A stretch of 64,000 nt of DNA from Candidatus Latescibacterota bacterium (GTDB lineage: Bacteria > Latescibacterota > UBA2968 > UBA8231). The notes under the pieces are model-generated. The model did not search any database. It was given only the letters and a program-made list of their open reading frames with translations, and was not told the DNA's origin. Below are positions 48,943 through 58,278 of this stretch, piece by piece. The stretch spans positions 192,001 to 256,000 of the forward strand of contig CBDCXV010000002.1 in the NCBI GenBank assembly GCA_965223905.1, in the 5' to 3' direction. The translations under genes were made by a program, and so were the position numbers. Position 1 is the stretch's first letter, and each line of letters starts with the position of its first letter.

Positions 48943-50631
48943 ATGCCGGCCGCGACGGACCGACCAGGAGTCATTTTCACATTCGCGGTTGTCCTGTGCG
49001 CCATCGGCATGAGCCCGGATCCCGGGGCCGCCGCGGCGCCGTACCTGTGCGGCACGCGTCTGATCGAACGGCATGCCGGGGAGCTCCCGTTGCCGGACCC
49101 GCCGCTACAGGCGGCCAAACCCTCGTCCGGCGCGGACGTCGAACAGGATCCCCCCGCAATCGGCGTCGGGACCCGGCAGGAGTTCGCAGTCGCAGGCAAC
49201 CCGCAGCTGATGCCGGCGACCTGCCGTTACGCCGGAGAGCGGGTGTTCGTGTTCGTCGAGGATCGCCAGTGGGATACCAACGGCGGCTCGATACTGCAAT
49301 CGCACGTCGACGGTCTCGGGGACCTGTTCGAGCGCTCCACCCCGGCCGATCCCGGGCTCGGGATCCACGACCTCTGCACCGAGGCCTTCGGTGTGGTCCC
49401 CGACGTCGACGGTTACCCCCAGGTGTTCCTGCTGATTCTCGACATCCCCGATTCCCGGCTGGTCGGCTATTTCGACGCCCGTGTCGCAGGGCACGAAGTG
49501 CCCGAGCTGCGCAAGGACATCCTCTACGTCGACGAGTGGTTCGTGCGCCGTCAGACCTACCTGGCGCGCGGCACCCTGGCGCACGAGTTCCAGCACCTCA
49601 TCCACTGGGGCCACGACAAGGACGAGGAGACCTGGCTGAACGAGGGGATGTCGGGGTACGCCGAGGCCCTGACCGGGTTTCCCGAGGCGGACACAACCGT
49701 CGTCGGGGCGTTTCTGCAGCGCCCGGGGGCCGGCCTGACGGGGTGGGAAAACCAGGCCTGGAACTACGGATCTACCTACCTGTTCTCGGCCTTTCTCGCC
49801 GAGCGCTACGGCGGCGATATGATCCGCTCCATAGTCGCAGAGCTCGAAAACGGCAGCGACGGCATCGACGCCGCCTTTGCCGGTCTCGGCCTCGAAGGGG
49901 ACTTTGAGGAGGCCTGGTCGCGCTGGATAATCGGCAATTACGCCGCCGATGAGGATGGATTCTCCTACGGGGCGCTCCAGGGGCGGCGGGCCCTCTGGTA
50001 CCCGACGGAAGGCCTGCCGCTGGAGAATCTCGGCGGCCGCGTCGAGGACCAGTGGGGGACGATCGCCATCCTGTTGCGAACCCCGGGGAGTGTCGAGGTG
50101 GAGTTCGCCGGAGAGGAGGGGGGACGGCACCGGGTCTGGGCCTGGTCTATGCGTGCCCGCGGGAGCGAGCTTCGCGAGCTCGAGCTCGATGCCTCGAACC
50201 GCGGCTCCGCGGTGGCCACGGAGATCGACAGCATGGCGCTGATCGTCGGCAGAACCTCCATCGAAAAGGGGGGATTCGAGGTCTCGGCGCGCCACGTCGA
50301 CCCGGAGACTGCGGTCGAGCAGCCGGTCGCCGCGGCCAGCCCGGTCTTCCGGCTCGGGGCCGCGTACCCCAATCCCTTCAACGCCGCGGTGCGCATCCCC
50401 TTTTCCGGGGGTGCCGCAGGGCTGGAGGTCTTCTTGTACAACGCCGCGGGCCAGCGCCTCAGGAGACTGACCCCGCTGTCCGGCTCGCGCGAGATATCCT
50501 GGGACGGTCGCGACAGCCGAGGACGGCGGGCGGCGAGCGGAGTCTACTGGATCGTCGCGCGAACGAAGGGCACAGGAGACCGCGGCGGCACTGCGACTGG
50601 CCGCCGCACCGCGGTGACGCTCATCAGATAG
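48943..50631 (+). CDS. Secreted Zn metalloprotease (M30-like) with FlgD-Ig/T9SS CTD
   Basis: TLAHEFQHLIH...WLNEGMS; TAVE...YPNPFN...WDGRD..G...ASGVY. Confidence 0.85.
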   Translation: MPAATDRPGVIFTFAVVLCAIGMSPDPGAAAAPYLCGTRLIERHAGELPLPDPPLQAAKPSSGADVEQDPPAIGVGTRQEFAVAGNPQLMPATCRYAGERVFVFVEDRQWDTNGGSILQSHVDGLGDLFERSTPADPGLGIHDLCTEAFGVVPDVDGYPQVFLLILDIPDSRLVGYFDARVAGHEVPELRKDILYVDEWFVRRQTYLARGTLAHEFQHLIHWGHDKDEETWLNEGMSGYAEALTGFPEADTTVVGAFLQRPGAGLTGWENQAWNYGSTYLFSAFLAERYGGDMIRSIVAELENGSDGIDAAFAGLGLEGDFEEAWSRWIIGNYAADEDGFSYGALQGRRALWYPTEGLPLENLGGRVEDQWGTIAILLRTPGSVEVEFAGEEGGRHRVWAWSMRARGSELRELELDASNRGSAVATEIDSMALIVGRTSIEKGGFEVSARHVDPETAVEQPVAAASPVFRLGAAYPNPFNAAVRIPFSGGAAGLEVFLYNAAGQRLRRLTPLSGSREISWDGRDSRGRRAASGVYWIVARTKGTGDRGGTATGRRTAVTLIR

Positions 50632-51169
50632 GGAGAGAGCCGGCCTCCGGGATGCCCCCGGCCACGGCTCCCCTGCGCGGAAGTCTTCCCGCCGGGCGGA
50701 CCCCGGAACAGTCGCACCTGCCGAGGCAGTCGGAGAGCCGTTCCCCGGTCTCGGGATGCACGAGCCCGGGTGCCAGCTCCAGCATGGGCCTGAGCACGAA
50801 GCAGCGCCCGGTCATGCGGGGATGGGGAACCTGCAGGTCGGTATCGGCGACGATCCGGCTGCCGTACAGCAGCAGGTCGAGATCGAGGGTGCGCGGACCA
50901 TCGGGGATCAGCCGCTGCCTTCCGTGCTCCCGCTCGATGGCCAGCAGGGACCGCAGCAGCCGGGAAGGAGGGAGGCTGGTGCGCACGAGGGCCACTGCAT
51001 TGAGGAAGCGGGGCTGGTCCACGAGGCCGACCGGGTCTGTTTCGTATAGCGATGAGGGCTTACAGAGCTCGACCCCGCGCAGCCTGCAGATCGCCGCCAC
51101 CCCGGAGGCGATGAACCCGCGCCGGTCTCCCATGTTGGAGCCGAGACCGACGAAAACGTCCTCAGGCAA
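50624..51169 (-). CDS. folK: HPPK (2-amino-4-hydroxy-6-hydroxymethyldihydropteridine diphosphokinase)
   Basis: VGLGSNMGD, SSLYET.P, FLNAV, GPRTLDLDLL, PHPRM..R.FVL.P. Confidence 0.95.
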   Translation of the reverse strand: MPEDVFVGLGSNMGDRRGFIASGVAAICRLRGVELCKPSSLYETDPVGLVDQPRFLNAVALVRTSLPPSRLLRSLLAIEREHGRQRLIPDGPRTLDLDLLLYGSRIVADTDLQVPHPRMTGRCFVLRPMLELAPGLVHPETGERLSDCLGRCDCSGVRPAGRLPRRGAVAGGIPEAGSLPI

Positions 51170-51518
51170 AGGATTTCGAGATCTCGACTTCGACACTGTC
51201 GAGCTGTCCGGCGATCGGCGGGTGCGGCTTGCGCACCCGCACCGTCACCAGCGGGGGGGTGAAACGCTTGCCGATGCGGCGGACGATCTCCGCGGCCAGG
51301 GCCTCGATAAGTTTGAAGCGCTCCTCTTCCACGGTTTCCTCGACCAGCCTGAAAACCTCGACGTAATCCAGGGTGCTCTCCGGCGAATCCGGATCCGCAG
51401 GCAGCGGCAGTTTCAGCTCGACGTCGACCTGGAACTCCTGGCCGAGCACCTGCTCCTCGGGATGGACCCCGTGATGGCCGAAGAACCGCAGGTCGTGCAG
51501 ACGCAGGAAGTAGGTCAT
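51162..51518 (-). CDS. folB: Dihydroneopterin aldolase
   Basis: GHHGVHPEEQ.LGQ.F.VD, TLDY, LIEALA, VRKP.PPI. Confidence 0.93.
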   Translation of the reverse strand: MTYFLRLHDLRFFGHHGVHPEEQVLGQEFQVDVELKLPLPADPDSPESTLDYVEVFRLVEETVEEERFKLIEALAAEIVRRIGKRFTPPLVTVRVRKPHPPIAGQLDSVEVEISKSFA

Positions 51519-51846
51519 GAATCGCGACGTGCCGGTTTCGGTTTCGAGTGCGTTTTGAATCGTGGAGGAGTCGTTCACCAAGCCGTTGCCGCCCAGAGAC
51601 TCAACGACATTCTGAAGCGGCACGAAGGACCATGCTTCATTCCGATATCCATGGTTCAGGCCGTGAAAGGATAAGGAAGGCAGCCATCGTCGACAGGGTG
51701 ATGGGTACGGGTACAGCCAGGAAGTGGCAAATCCTTGGGGAACCGCTTGCCCATGAAGTCCGTATCCGAGGAAGGCGCAGCGACGATGCGCAGGCGGAAT
51801 GGTGCCCCCCTGAGGGGAAGCGGTGGAAGCCTGCGGCGGTCAACCG

Positions 51847-53229
51847 CTACAGCGAGTTGAGAAAGGCGATCAGAGCCCGGCGTTCCTCCGCGCTCATCTC
51901 CCTCACCGCCTCCCTCGCCTGTTCAGCTTCGCCTCCGTGGAACATGACCGCTTCCATCAGGGTGGCGGCGCGGCCGTCGTGTAGGTAGGCGGGGACGCCG
52001 TTCACCGTTGCCGTCAGGCCGATGCCCCAAAGAGGCGGGGTTCGCCACTCGCGGCCGTCCGCCTCGTAGTCGGGGCGGTGATCGGCCAGCTCTTCCCCCA
52101 TGTCGTGCAGCAGCAGGTCGGTGTAGGGATGGATGACCTGGTTCGACAGAGCGGCTACCTCGTGCGGCCCGGTGTGCAGCGTGGGGACGTGGCAGGCGGC
52201 GCAGCCTGCGTCCGCGAACAGCTTTTCCCCCTTCAGCGCGACGGGGTCGTCGAGGTCGCGCCGCGCCGGAACGGCAAGGGTGACGACGTAGAAGACCGCG
52301 TCGTCGAGAATCTCCTGCGAGAGCTCGGGATCGTCGGCGAGGCCGTCGGCCTGCGGCTGGCCGGCCGTGGACTCGCGGGGGAAATAGGGGGTGGTGACGC
52401 CGATGTCCTCCCTGTAGGCCGCGGCCACCTGCTGCAGCAGGGTGGGGTTGTTCGCCTTCCAGCCGAAGCGGCCGAGCACCGTGCGCCCGGCCCGGACATC
52501 AAAAACGTGGTTGGGCCTTCCGGAGATGCCGTCCCCGTCGGCGTCCCCCGGGTCGGCGAGGGCGAGAATCTCCGACTCGTCCACCGCCTCGAGTAGACCG
52601 CGGCCGAACGCGGGGGGTGCCATGCGAACCGAGGTGAGAACCCCCGCCGGCAGGTCGATGTAGGTGTCGGTCAGTTCGTAGGTCGGATGCCGGAGGGTGT
52701 AGGTCCCGCCATCGGCGAAGCGGCCTTCCTCCTCGAACCAGCTCGTCTCCACCCGCCCCTCGGGGGCCACCCCGAAAATCGCCCGGTCCCCGATCTGAAG
52801 GCCGAACCCGGGAACCGGCGCCGGTGCCCCGGGATGCTCGCCGGCGCCCGGCAGGCTGACCTGCATCAGGGAAGACCCGAGGAAGGGCGCCGCTTCGCCG
52901 AACCCGGAGCGGCCGCGGCCGTCGCGCCCGTGGCAGCCGACGCAGGAGGTCTGGTTGAAGACCGGACCGAGCCCGCCGTTGACCTCGGCAGGGGCGCTGA
53001 CGAACACCGCTTCGAAGTCGGCGTCGCCGGCGAGGAAGCGGGCCATCTGACCCGCCTCCAGGCCGGGTACCGGATTCTCGAAGGCGGTGCTGGCGGCGTC
53101 GAAAACCGTCGCGTCGCCGCCTGAAAGCGCCTTGTCGTCCAGGGGGCCCGGGGGCGCGGTTGGGCCGCCGTCGCCGCAGCCGCAGAGAAGGAGCGCGGCG
53201 ATGGCGCCGGCGTACTGACCGCGGTTCAT
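51847..53229 (-). CDS. Di-heme oxidoreductase family lipoprotein (DUF1111/DHOR)
   Basis: GLGPVFN..SCVGCH, GRFGWKA, CAACH, YTDLLLHDMG, WRTPPLWG, LHDGRA. Confidence 0.92.
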   Translation of the reverse strand: MNRGQYAGAIAALLLCGCGDGGPTAPPGPLDDKALSGGDATVFDAASTAFENPVPGLEAGQMARFLAGDADFEAVFVSAPAEVNGGLGPVFNQTSCVGCHGRDGRGRSGFGEAAPFLGSSLMQVSLPGAGEHPGAPAPVPGFGLQIGDRAIFGVAPEGRVETSWFEEEGRFADGGTYTLRHPTYELTDTYIDLPAGVLTSVRMAPPAFGRGLLEAVDESEILALADPGDADGDGISGRPNHVFDVRAGRTVLGRFGWKANNPTLLQQVAAAYREDIGVTTPYFPRESTAGQPQADGLADDPELSQEILDDAVFYVVTLAVPARRDLDDPVALKGEKLFADAGCAACHVPTLHTGPHEVAALSNQVIHPYTDLLLHDMGEELADHRPDYEADGREWRTPPLWGIGLTATVNGVPAYLHDGRAATLMEAVMFHGGEAEQAREAVREMSAEERRALIAFLNSL

Positions 53230-53260
53230 GTCACCTGAGCCCGGTACCTACTCCCACCTC

Positions 53261-54334
53261 TTACTGTCGGAGCACCAGCGGTAGGACGTCCCCCTCGAGA
53301 GTCTGCTGCACCCTGGCGATCGCCTGCTGCGCCTTCTCGATCTGGTCGGCGTCGCTGGCGATGGCGTCGCGGAAGGGGTTGCTGATCATGCCGATCTCGT
53401 CGATGGCGGCCTGGATCTCCCTCTTCAGCCGGCTGTCGAGGTCCGGGTTCAGGGAAGCGATGAACTCGTCGAGGCCGCGCCCCTCGCTGCCCCCGTAGTC
53501 ACCGGTGTAGGCGTTCCAGACGCTGCGCAGGTTGTTCTGGAAATCCTCGAGGGAGTTGAAGCTGAACTGGGATTCCACGAGCCGCGGGTCCTGTTCGCTG
53601 AAGGGGTCGGCGATCTTGCCGTTGGCCACTTCGTCGCAGATCCCGACCATGCCGTTGACGATCTCCTGGACCGCGGACTGCTGAGAGGGGTAGATGTCGC
53701 TGCCGCTGCCCGCCTCGACGACCTTGGAGACGAAGTTCCCGCCCGAGGGGACCCAGCTGTCGTGCAGGTCCGAGGCCGTCTGTTCGAGGACGCGCGTGCT
53801 GGCGACGAGGTAGTCGAACTGGCGATCGGAAAAGTCCGCCGGGGACTTGCCGCCCCCCTCGCCGAACAGCAGGTACTCGATGGTGTGGAACCCCTTCAGG
53901 GTCCCGTCCAGGCCGTTGACGTACTCGGCCAGGAGATCGTTGTCGCTGGCCATCACTCCGTCGAGGTCGGTGCGGTTGACGGGCCAGCTGTCCAGGGCGG
54001 GATCGTAGCCGTTGAAGTCGACCGGACCGAAAAGGAACCCTTCGCTCGCCTCCCAGGGGACGCGGGCGGCGACCCATGCGTCGCGCGCCGCTTTCAAGGT
54101 GGGGTCGGTCGGATTATCCCGCAGGGCGGCCACGGCGTCGGCCAGAGCCCCCGCCGCGGCATCCAGATCCCGGTAGGTGGGGATGACGACGTTGTTGCCG
54201 AAGTCCTCCAGGATCGGTCCGAAGTCGAAGGACTCGCTGCCGGGGCCGGTGACGCTGTCGTCGTCGTCTCCGCAGGCCGCCAGGCCGAGCATGGAGGCCA
54301 GAAGGGCGGGAAGGAGTTTCGTACGGTGTGGCAT
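53261..54334 (-). CDS. Imelysin (Peptidase_M75/IrpA) lipoprotein
   Basis: LAAC lipobox, WEASEGFLFGP, DSWP, GFHTIEYLLF, EVANGKI. Confidence 0.92.
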   Translation of the reverse strand: MPHRTKLLPALLASMLGLAACGDDDDSVTGPGSESFDFGPILEDFGNNVVIPTYRDLDAAAGALADAVAALRDNPTDPTLKAARDAWVAARVPWEASEGFLFGPVDFNGYDPALDSWPVNRTDLDGVMASDNDLLAEYVNGLDGTLKGFHTIEYLLFGEGGGKSPADFSDRQFDYLVASTRVLEQTASDLHDSWVPSGGNFVSKVVEAGSGSDIYPSQQSAVQEIVNGMVGICDEVANGKIADPFSEQDPRLVESQFSFNSLEDFQNNLRSVWNAYTGDYGGSEGRGLDEFIASLNPDLDSRLKREIQAAIDEIGMISNPFRDAIASDADQIEKAQQAIARVQQTLEGDVLPLVLRQ

Positions 54335-54365
54335 GGGATACTCTCCGGTTGAGGGGAAGCCAAAT

Positions 54366-55595
54366 TCAGAACTGGAATCCAAGGGCCAGTCCGAGGGTGT
54401 TTTCGTCGTTGAAGCGCGCCGCTCCGAGCCGGCGCATGGCGTAGTCGGCCTTTACCACGAGCTTGCCGGCAACGGCGTAGTTGAGGCCCAGCGTGTATAC
54501 CCGACGGTCGAATCGGGGATTGTCGAAAAACCCGTCCGGCACCTCTGCCATGGTGTCGTAGTCGTCGTAGCGGGCGAACAGGTCGAGCCGCTCCCACGGC
54601 CGGGTGGCCAGCCACGGAAGGATGTCGTAGCCCGCCTCGAGGTAGAGGGCGTTCGCGGCGCTTGCCACGGGGCTGCGCAGCACGTCGAGGTTGTTGGAAA
54701 GGGTGCGGTTGCGGGCGCTGACCGCGGCGGCGTTCCCGAGCCTGCCGTAGAGGAAGAGGCCGCGGGCGCGCAGACGACTGCCGGTGAAGTGGGCGTGGAT
54801 GTCGGAGATGGTGACGTGAGCGGAGGTCCCCTTCATGTCCGGCTTGGGGCGGTTGCCGGCGCTGTCGCCGCGATACAGGGAGAGCCCGATCAGGGCTCCC
54901 GGGGCCGGTTCGAAATCGACTCGACCGGCGAGGGCGAGGTCGTCGGCCCTGACCTGCTCGAAACGCAGCTGATGCCCCCCGGCGACCCACCTCTGGGAGC
55001 TGAAACCGGTGGCGTCGAGTCCGTTGATCACCTGCAGGCGCCAGCGCCAGAGCCGAACCCGGCCCGAAGCCTCGATCCCGGTTTCGTGCCACAAGGCGGG
55101 GATCATCGAGGTTTCCGCCTCCGAGCGCACGGTGCCGTAGAAGTCGAGGGGATGGTAGAGGCTGGAGAGCAGGCCGACGGCGACGTAGAAGTGGCCGGCA
55201 CTGACGTTCAGGGTCTCGCCGAAGGAGCGCTTGATGAACAGCTCCTCAACGATCACCTCGCCTCCTTTCTCGACCTCCTGCTCGAACTCGCCGAACTCCT
55301 CGTACTCCAGCTCCAGGGCGCCCCCGGTTCCCCCGTGCTCGAACTCCACTTCCGCTTCCAGCTCCAGGTGGGGCAACAGCTCCGCCTCGAGCTCCAGTGC
55401 CAGCCTGGTGACGTCGATCAGGGCGCGGCTGTCGGGAGCCGAACCCTCGGGCAGGCTCTTCTGATCGGGTCCGTAGTCGAAGCGCCAGTAGTTGATCTCT
55501 CCGTAGCCGCTCAACCGCATCGGCGTCTCCCCCGCGGCCGCAAGCACCGGCAACAGGAAAAAAAGACAGGCGGTGGCGGCGCCCCGGGCTCCCAT
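54366..55595 (-). CDS. Outer-membrane porin of the iron-uptake cluster
   Basis: SGYGE, EVEFEHGG..LELEYEEFGEFE.EVEKGGEV, IPALWHETG, terminal FQF. Confidence 0.85.
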   Translation of the reverse strand: MGARGAATACLFFLLPVLAAAGETPMRLSGYGEINYWRFDYGPDQKSLPEGSAPDSRALIDVTRLALELEAELLPHLELEAEVEFEHGGTGGALELEYEEFGEFEQEVEKGGEVIVEELFIKRSFGETLNVSAGHFYVAVGLLSSLYHPLDFYGTVRSEAETSMIPALWHETGIEASGRVRLWRWRLQVINGLDATGFSSQRWVAGGHQLRFEQVRADDLALAGRVDFEPAPGALIGLSLYRGDSAGNRPKPDMKGTSAHVTISDIHAHFTGSRLRARGLFLYGRLGNAAAVSARNRTLSNNLDVLRSPVASAANALYLEAGYDILPWLATRPWERLDLFARYDDYDTMAEVPDGFFDNPRFDRRVYTLGLNYAVAGKLVVKADYAMRRLGAARFNDENTLGLALGFQF

Positions 55596-55770
55596 TGACC
55601 TGTGATCTCGTCTCATCGATCGCCTGACATCCGGCCGCGGATCCTTCCCAGTCTCTCCAGTGCCCGTACATCCCGCCCAGCGGCGTTGCCTTTGCGCAGT
55701 ACGTCCTTCGGATTGCCTTCTTCCGGCAGCCCAGGCCCGCGGCGGTCCCGTTCGGTCGATCGAACGGCGG

Positions 55771-56130
55771 TCAATTGAGCCGTACGTGCGGGATGGGATG
55801 GTGCACATGCCGGTCCTCATCCTGGTCGGACTCCTCCAACTGGGCCAGGCACTCGATGCGCGCCGCGGCGTCGCTCAGGGTAAGGGCGATCTCCCGCAAA
55901 TGATCCGCCCTGATGGCTACGGTGGTGCTGCGATAGTGGAGAGACACGCAGGCCGGGAACTGTTCGCCGCCATCGCTTCGCGCCGCGACCTCCTGCACGC
56001 TCCGGTTCAAGGCGAGGAACTCCGGGCGTGTCATGCCGATGTTGACGTTCTGGTACACCAGGTGGATACCGCCCGCTTCACAGCGGTAGATCGCTATCCA
56101 GCGACGGGCGTTTTCGCAGATGACATTCAT
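55771..56130 (-). CDS. Hypothetical Cys/His-containing protein heading the iron operon
   Basis: Protein-like ORF with an internal two-fold repeat and an HVHHPIPH tail. Confidence 0.5.
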   Translation of the reverse strand: MNVICENARRWIAIYRCEAGGIHLVYQNVNIGMTRPEFLALNRSVQEVAARSDGGEQFPACVSLHYRSTTVAIRADHLREIALTLSDAAARIECLAQLEESDQDEDRHVHHPIPHVRLN

Positions 56131-56485
56131 CCCAGCGGACCTTTTGTCCGGGCGGTCGGTGCGCAAGCGTTCCATACAGGGCGCTCCCGGCGGTCGGCAT
56201 TCGCAAGAAGCCTGGGGTGAGGTGGAGGATTCCGGGATGAAACGGGAAAGCGGGGGAACCGGAGGGCGTTTCCCACAGGGGCGGGAGGCATTATGTTGCT
56301 CACGAGAGCATGAAGGGGCTGTCTGAAAAATTGCAGGCGCACGGCTCCTGGTCGTTCTCCGGGGCTATCGGTGGTTCGCTGGCAGGCTGCAACCGATAGC
56401 CCTTTTTCGTTCTGGCGATCAGCCGGTGAATCCGTTCGTCGACGGACTCCTGCAACCGGGAGGGAGTGGCTCGCTCCCAAACCGG

Positions 56486-56579
56486 TTGCCTTCCCAATCA
56501 CTTGATTCGTATGCCAAATATACGATTGGGAAGGCAATCGTAAGAATTGGTATGCAATCAAAAGTTTGGCAAGTCAAAC
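56486..56579 (-). promoter_or_regulatory. AT-rich regulatory region with alternative hairpins and a palindromic operator candidate
   Basis: 14-bp perfect inverted repeat 56486-56499/56524-56537; 8-bp hairpin 56521-56542; GTTTGGCAAGTCAAAC at 56564-56579. Confidence 0.5.
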
Positions 56580-56736
56580 AAACGGATGTCAAATGAAACC
56601 CCGCCCGGCGGGATTGTCAAGTCAATTTTGCGGCCTGTCGCCGCTCGATGCTGCTTTCTGGTTTGGTTTACAACCGGGCGAGCGCCCGGTGTGCGATGTC
56701 GCGGCGGTAGTACTTTCCCAAACTGGCGGCTCGGCG

Positions 56737-58245
56737 TCAGTCGATCCAGAAACCGTAGAGCGAGGCATTGCGAAGGTGGAATCTAAAGGCGAGAAGGCGA
56801 TCGCTGAGCCCGGCAATGTCGGTGCCGTGAGTCCATCGCACGGCGTGGTCGGTCGAGTCAGCTGTCAAGGGCAGACTCGAAGAGAGGTCGAACCCCGCGA
56901 GCGGCTCTCCGTACTGGATGCCCCAATCCTGCAGCTGGGCGTCGGGATCTTCCGTGACGGTGATGATTTCAACCTGAAGCGAACCGCGTGACGCATCGAC
57001 ATTGACGCGCAGTTCGCGTCCGGCTGGAAAGATTACCGGTCTCGTCCGCAGCACGCCCACCTCGTCGCCCGCACCATACGACACAAAGCCATCCCGTCGC
57101 AAGGTCGCCAGTCCGATAGCCGCCCGCACCTCGTCGTTTCCGGTCGCGAAAAAGCCTTCCTGAAAGTTGTGGTGCTTCTGGCGGCCGCCGTAATAGAACC
57201 ACAGCTCATCACCCTTTTCAAAAGGACCGTTGGAAGGGGTATCGATCATGAACGCGTCCCATGTTCCGGGTCCACCGATCGGTATGAACGTCTCCCGGTT
57301 GCCCGCCCGAAACCAGTGCTCACCGTCTCGACTGGAGACGAGCTGGGTGTCGCGACACATCGGCATGGTCGGGTTGTGACGGGAGCTGTAGTAAGGCTCG
57401 ACGAGGCCCAGGTACATGCCCTCGTAGGCCCACCCATTCTGGCGGTAGAGCTGCATGTCCGCCGGATCGAATTCGTCCGCATACAGACAGGTGACGGGGT
57501 TGCTCCACTTCACGAAGTCTTCACTGAAGGAAACGCCACGGGCGCGGTGGTGGATATCCTGGTCGCCTATGCTGTCGCCGCGGGGGATGTGACGCTTTGT
57601 AAAGGCGATGAAGCGGTTGCCGAGGGGATCGTACATGCACGTGTTGCAATCGCTCATGCGCGGGTCGTTGTCGCGTTTCGAGAGCACCGGCGTATCGGCG
57701 CAGCACCAGTGGATGCCGTCGGCTGAGGTGGCGGTGTAATAGCCGTATTCGCACCGCCCGCCGAGCTCCTCCTGCACCTGGATGGGAGCCGTGCAGAACG
57801 TGAAGAGCTTGAAGCGCTCATGCGCAACCAAGGCATGCTCGTCGAGGATGACGGAAACGCCCTGGATGATCACCTCGTGCGCGGCGTACTGCTGCGGCCA
57901 AGCCCCCCGAAAAACCGCATTGTCGGGGTGACGGCGGTCGCCGAAGACACCGAGGTCCGGTTTCTCCCAGGTCAGGCCGTCCTTGCTGGCGGCGTAGTGA
58001 TAACCCTGGTCCCCCATGTACCAGATTTTGTAGAGGTCATCCTCGGGATCGTGGAGGACGGTTCCATGGAGGACGACGTAGTCCCCTTCGTCACCTTCTC
58101 CAACGAGAAGTGGATTGCCTTCGTGTTTCGTCGGTTGATGCAGCTGTTTCGATAGATTCAGCGCTTCCCCCACGTAGTAGTCGTCGACGAAGAGGGCGCG
58201 ATAGGTGCCGAGGGTTCGTTTGAAATGTTCGTGCAGAGAGATCAT
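56737..58245 (-). CDS. GH32/GH43-like five-bladed beta-propeller protein with C-terminal beta-sandwich
   Basis: YAASKDGLTWEKP, SADGIHW, SEDFVKWS, SRDGEHW, IGLATLRRDGF, LYGF. Confidence 0.75.
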   Translation of the reverse strand: MISLHEHFKRTLGTYRALFVDDYYVGEALNLSKQLHQPTKHEGNPLLVGEGDEGDYVVLHGTVLHDPEDDLYKIWYMGDQGYHYAASKDGLTWEKPDLGVFGDRRHPDNAVFRGAWPQQYAAHEVIIQGVSVILDEHALVAHERFKLFTFCTAPIQVQEELGGRCEYGYYTATSADGIHWCCADTPVLSKRDNDPRMSDCNTCMYDPLGNRFIAFTKRHIPRGDSIGDQDIHHRARGVSFSEDFVKWSNPVTCLYADEFDPADMQLYRQNGWAYEGMYLGLVEPYYSSRHNPTMPMCRDTQLVSSRDGEHWFRAGNRETFIPIGGPGTWDAFMIDTPSNGPFEKGDELWFYYGGRQKHHNFQEGFFATGNDEVRAAIGLATLRRDGFVSYGAGDEVGVLRTRPVIFPAGRELRVNVDASRGSLQVEIITVTEDPDAQLQDWGIQYGEPLAGFDLSSSLPLTADSTDHAVRWTHGTDIAGLSDRLLAFRFHLRNASLYGFWID

Positions 58246-58278
58246 GGATTCCTGAAGAGAGAGACCGCCGCTCGATCT

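Noticed and set aside
56315-56335. GGGGCTGTCTGAAAAA as an IS terminal repeat
   Set aside because: No partner repeat or transposase seen in the window.
56130-56600. Cobalamin riboswitch or canonical Fur box
   Set aside because: GGGAAGG is present, but the other B12-element motifs and a GATAATGATAATCATTATC-like box were not found.
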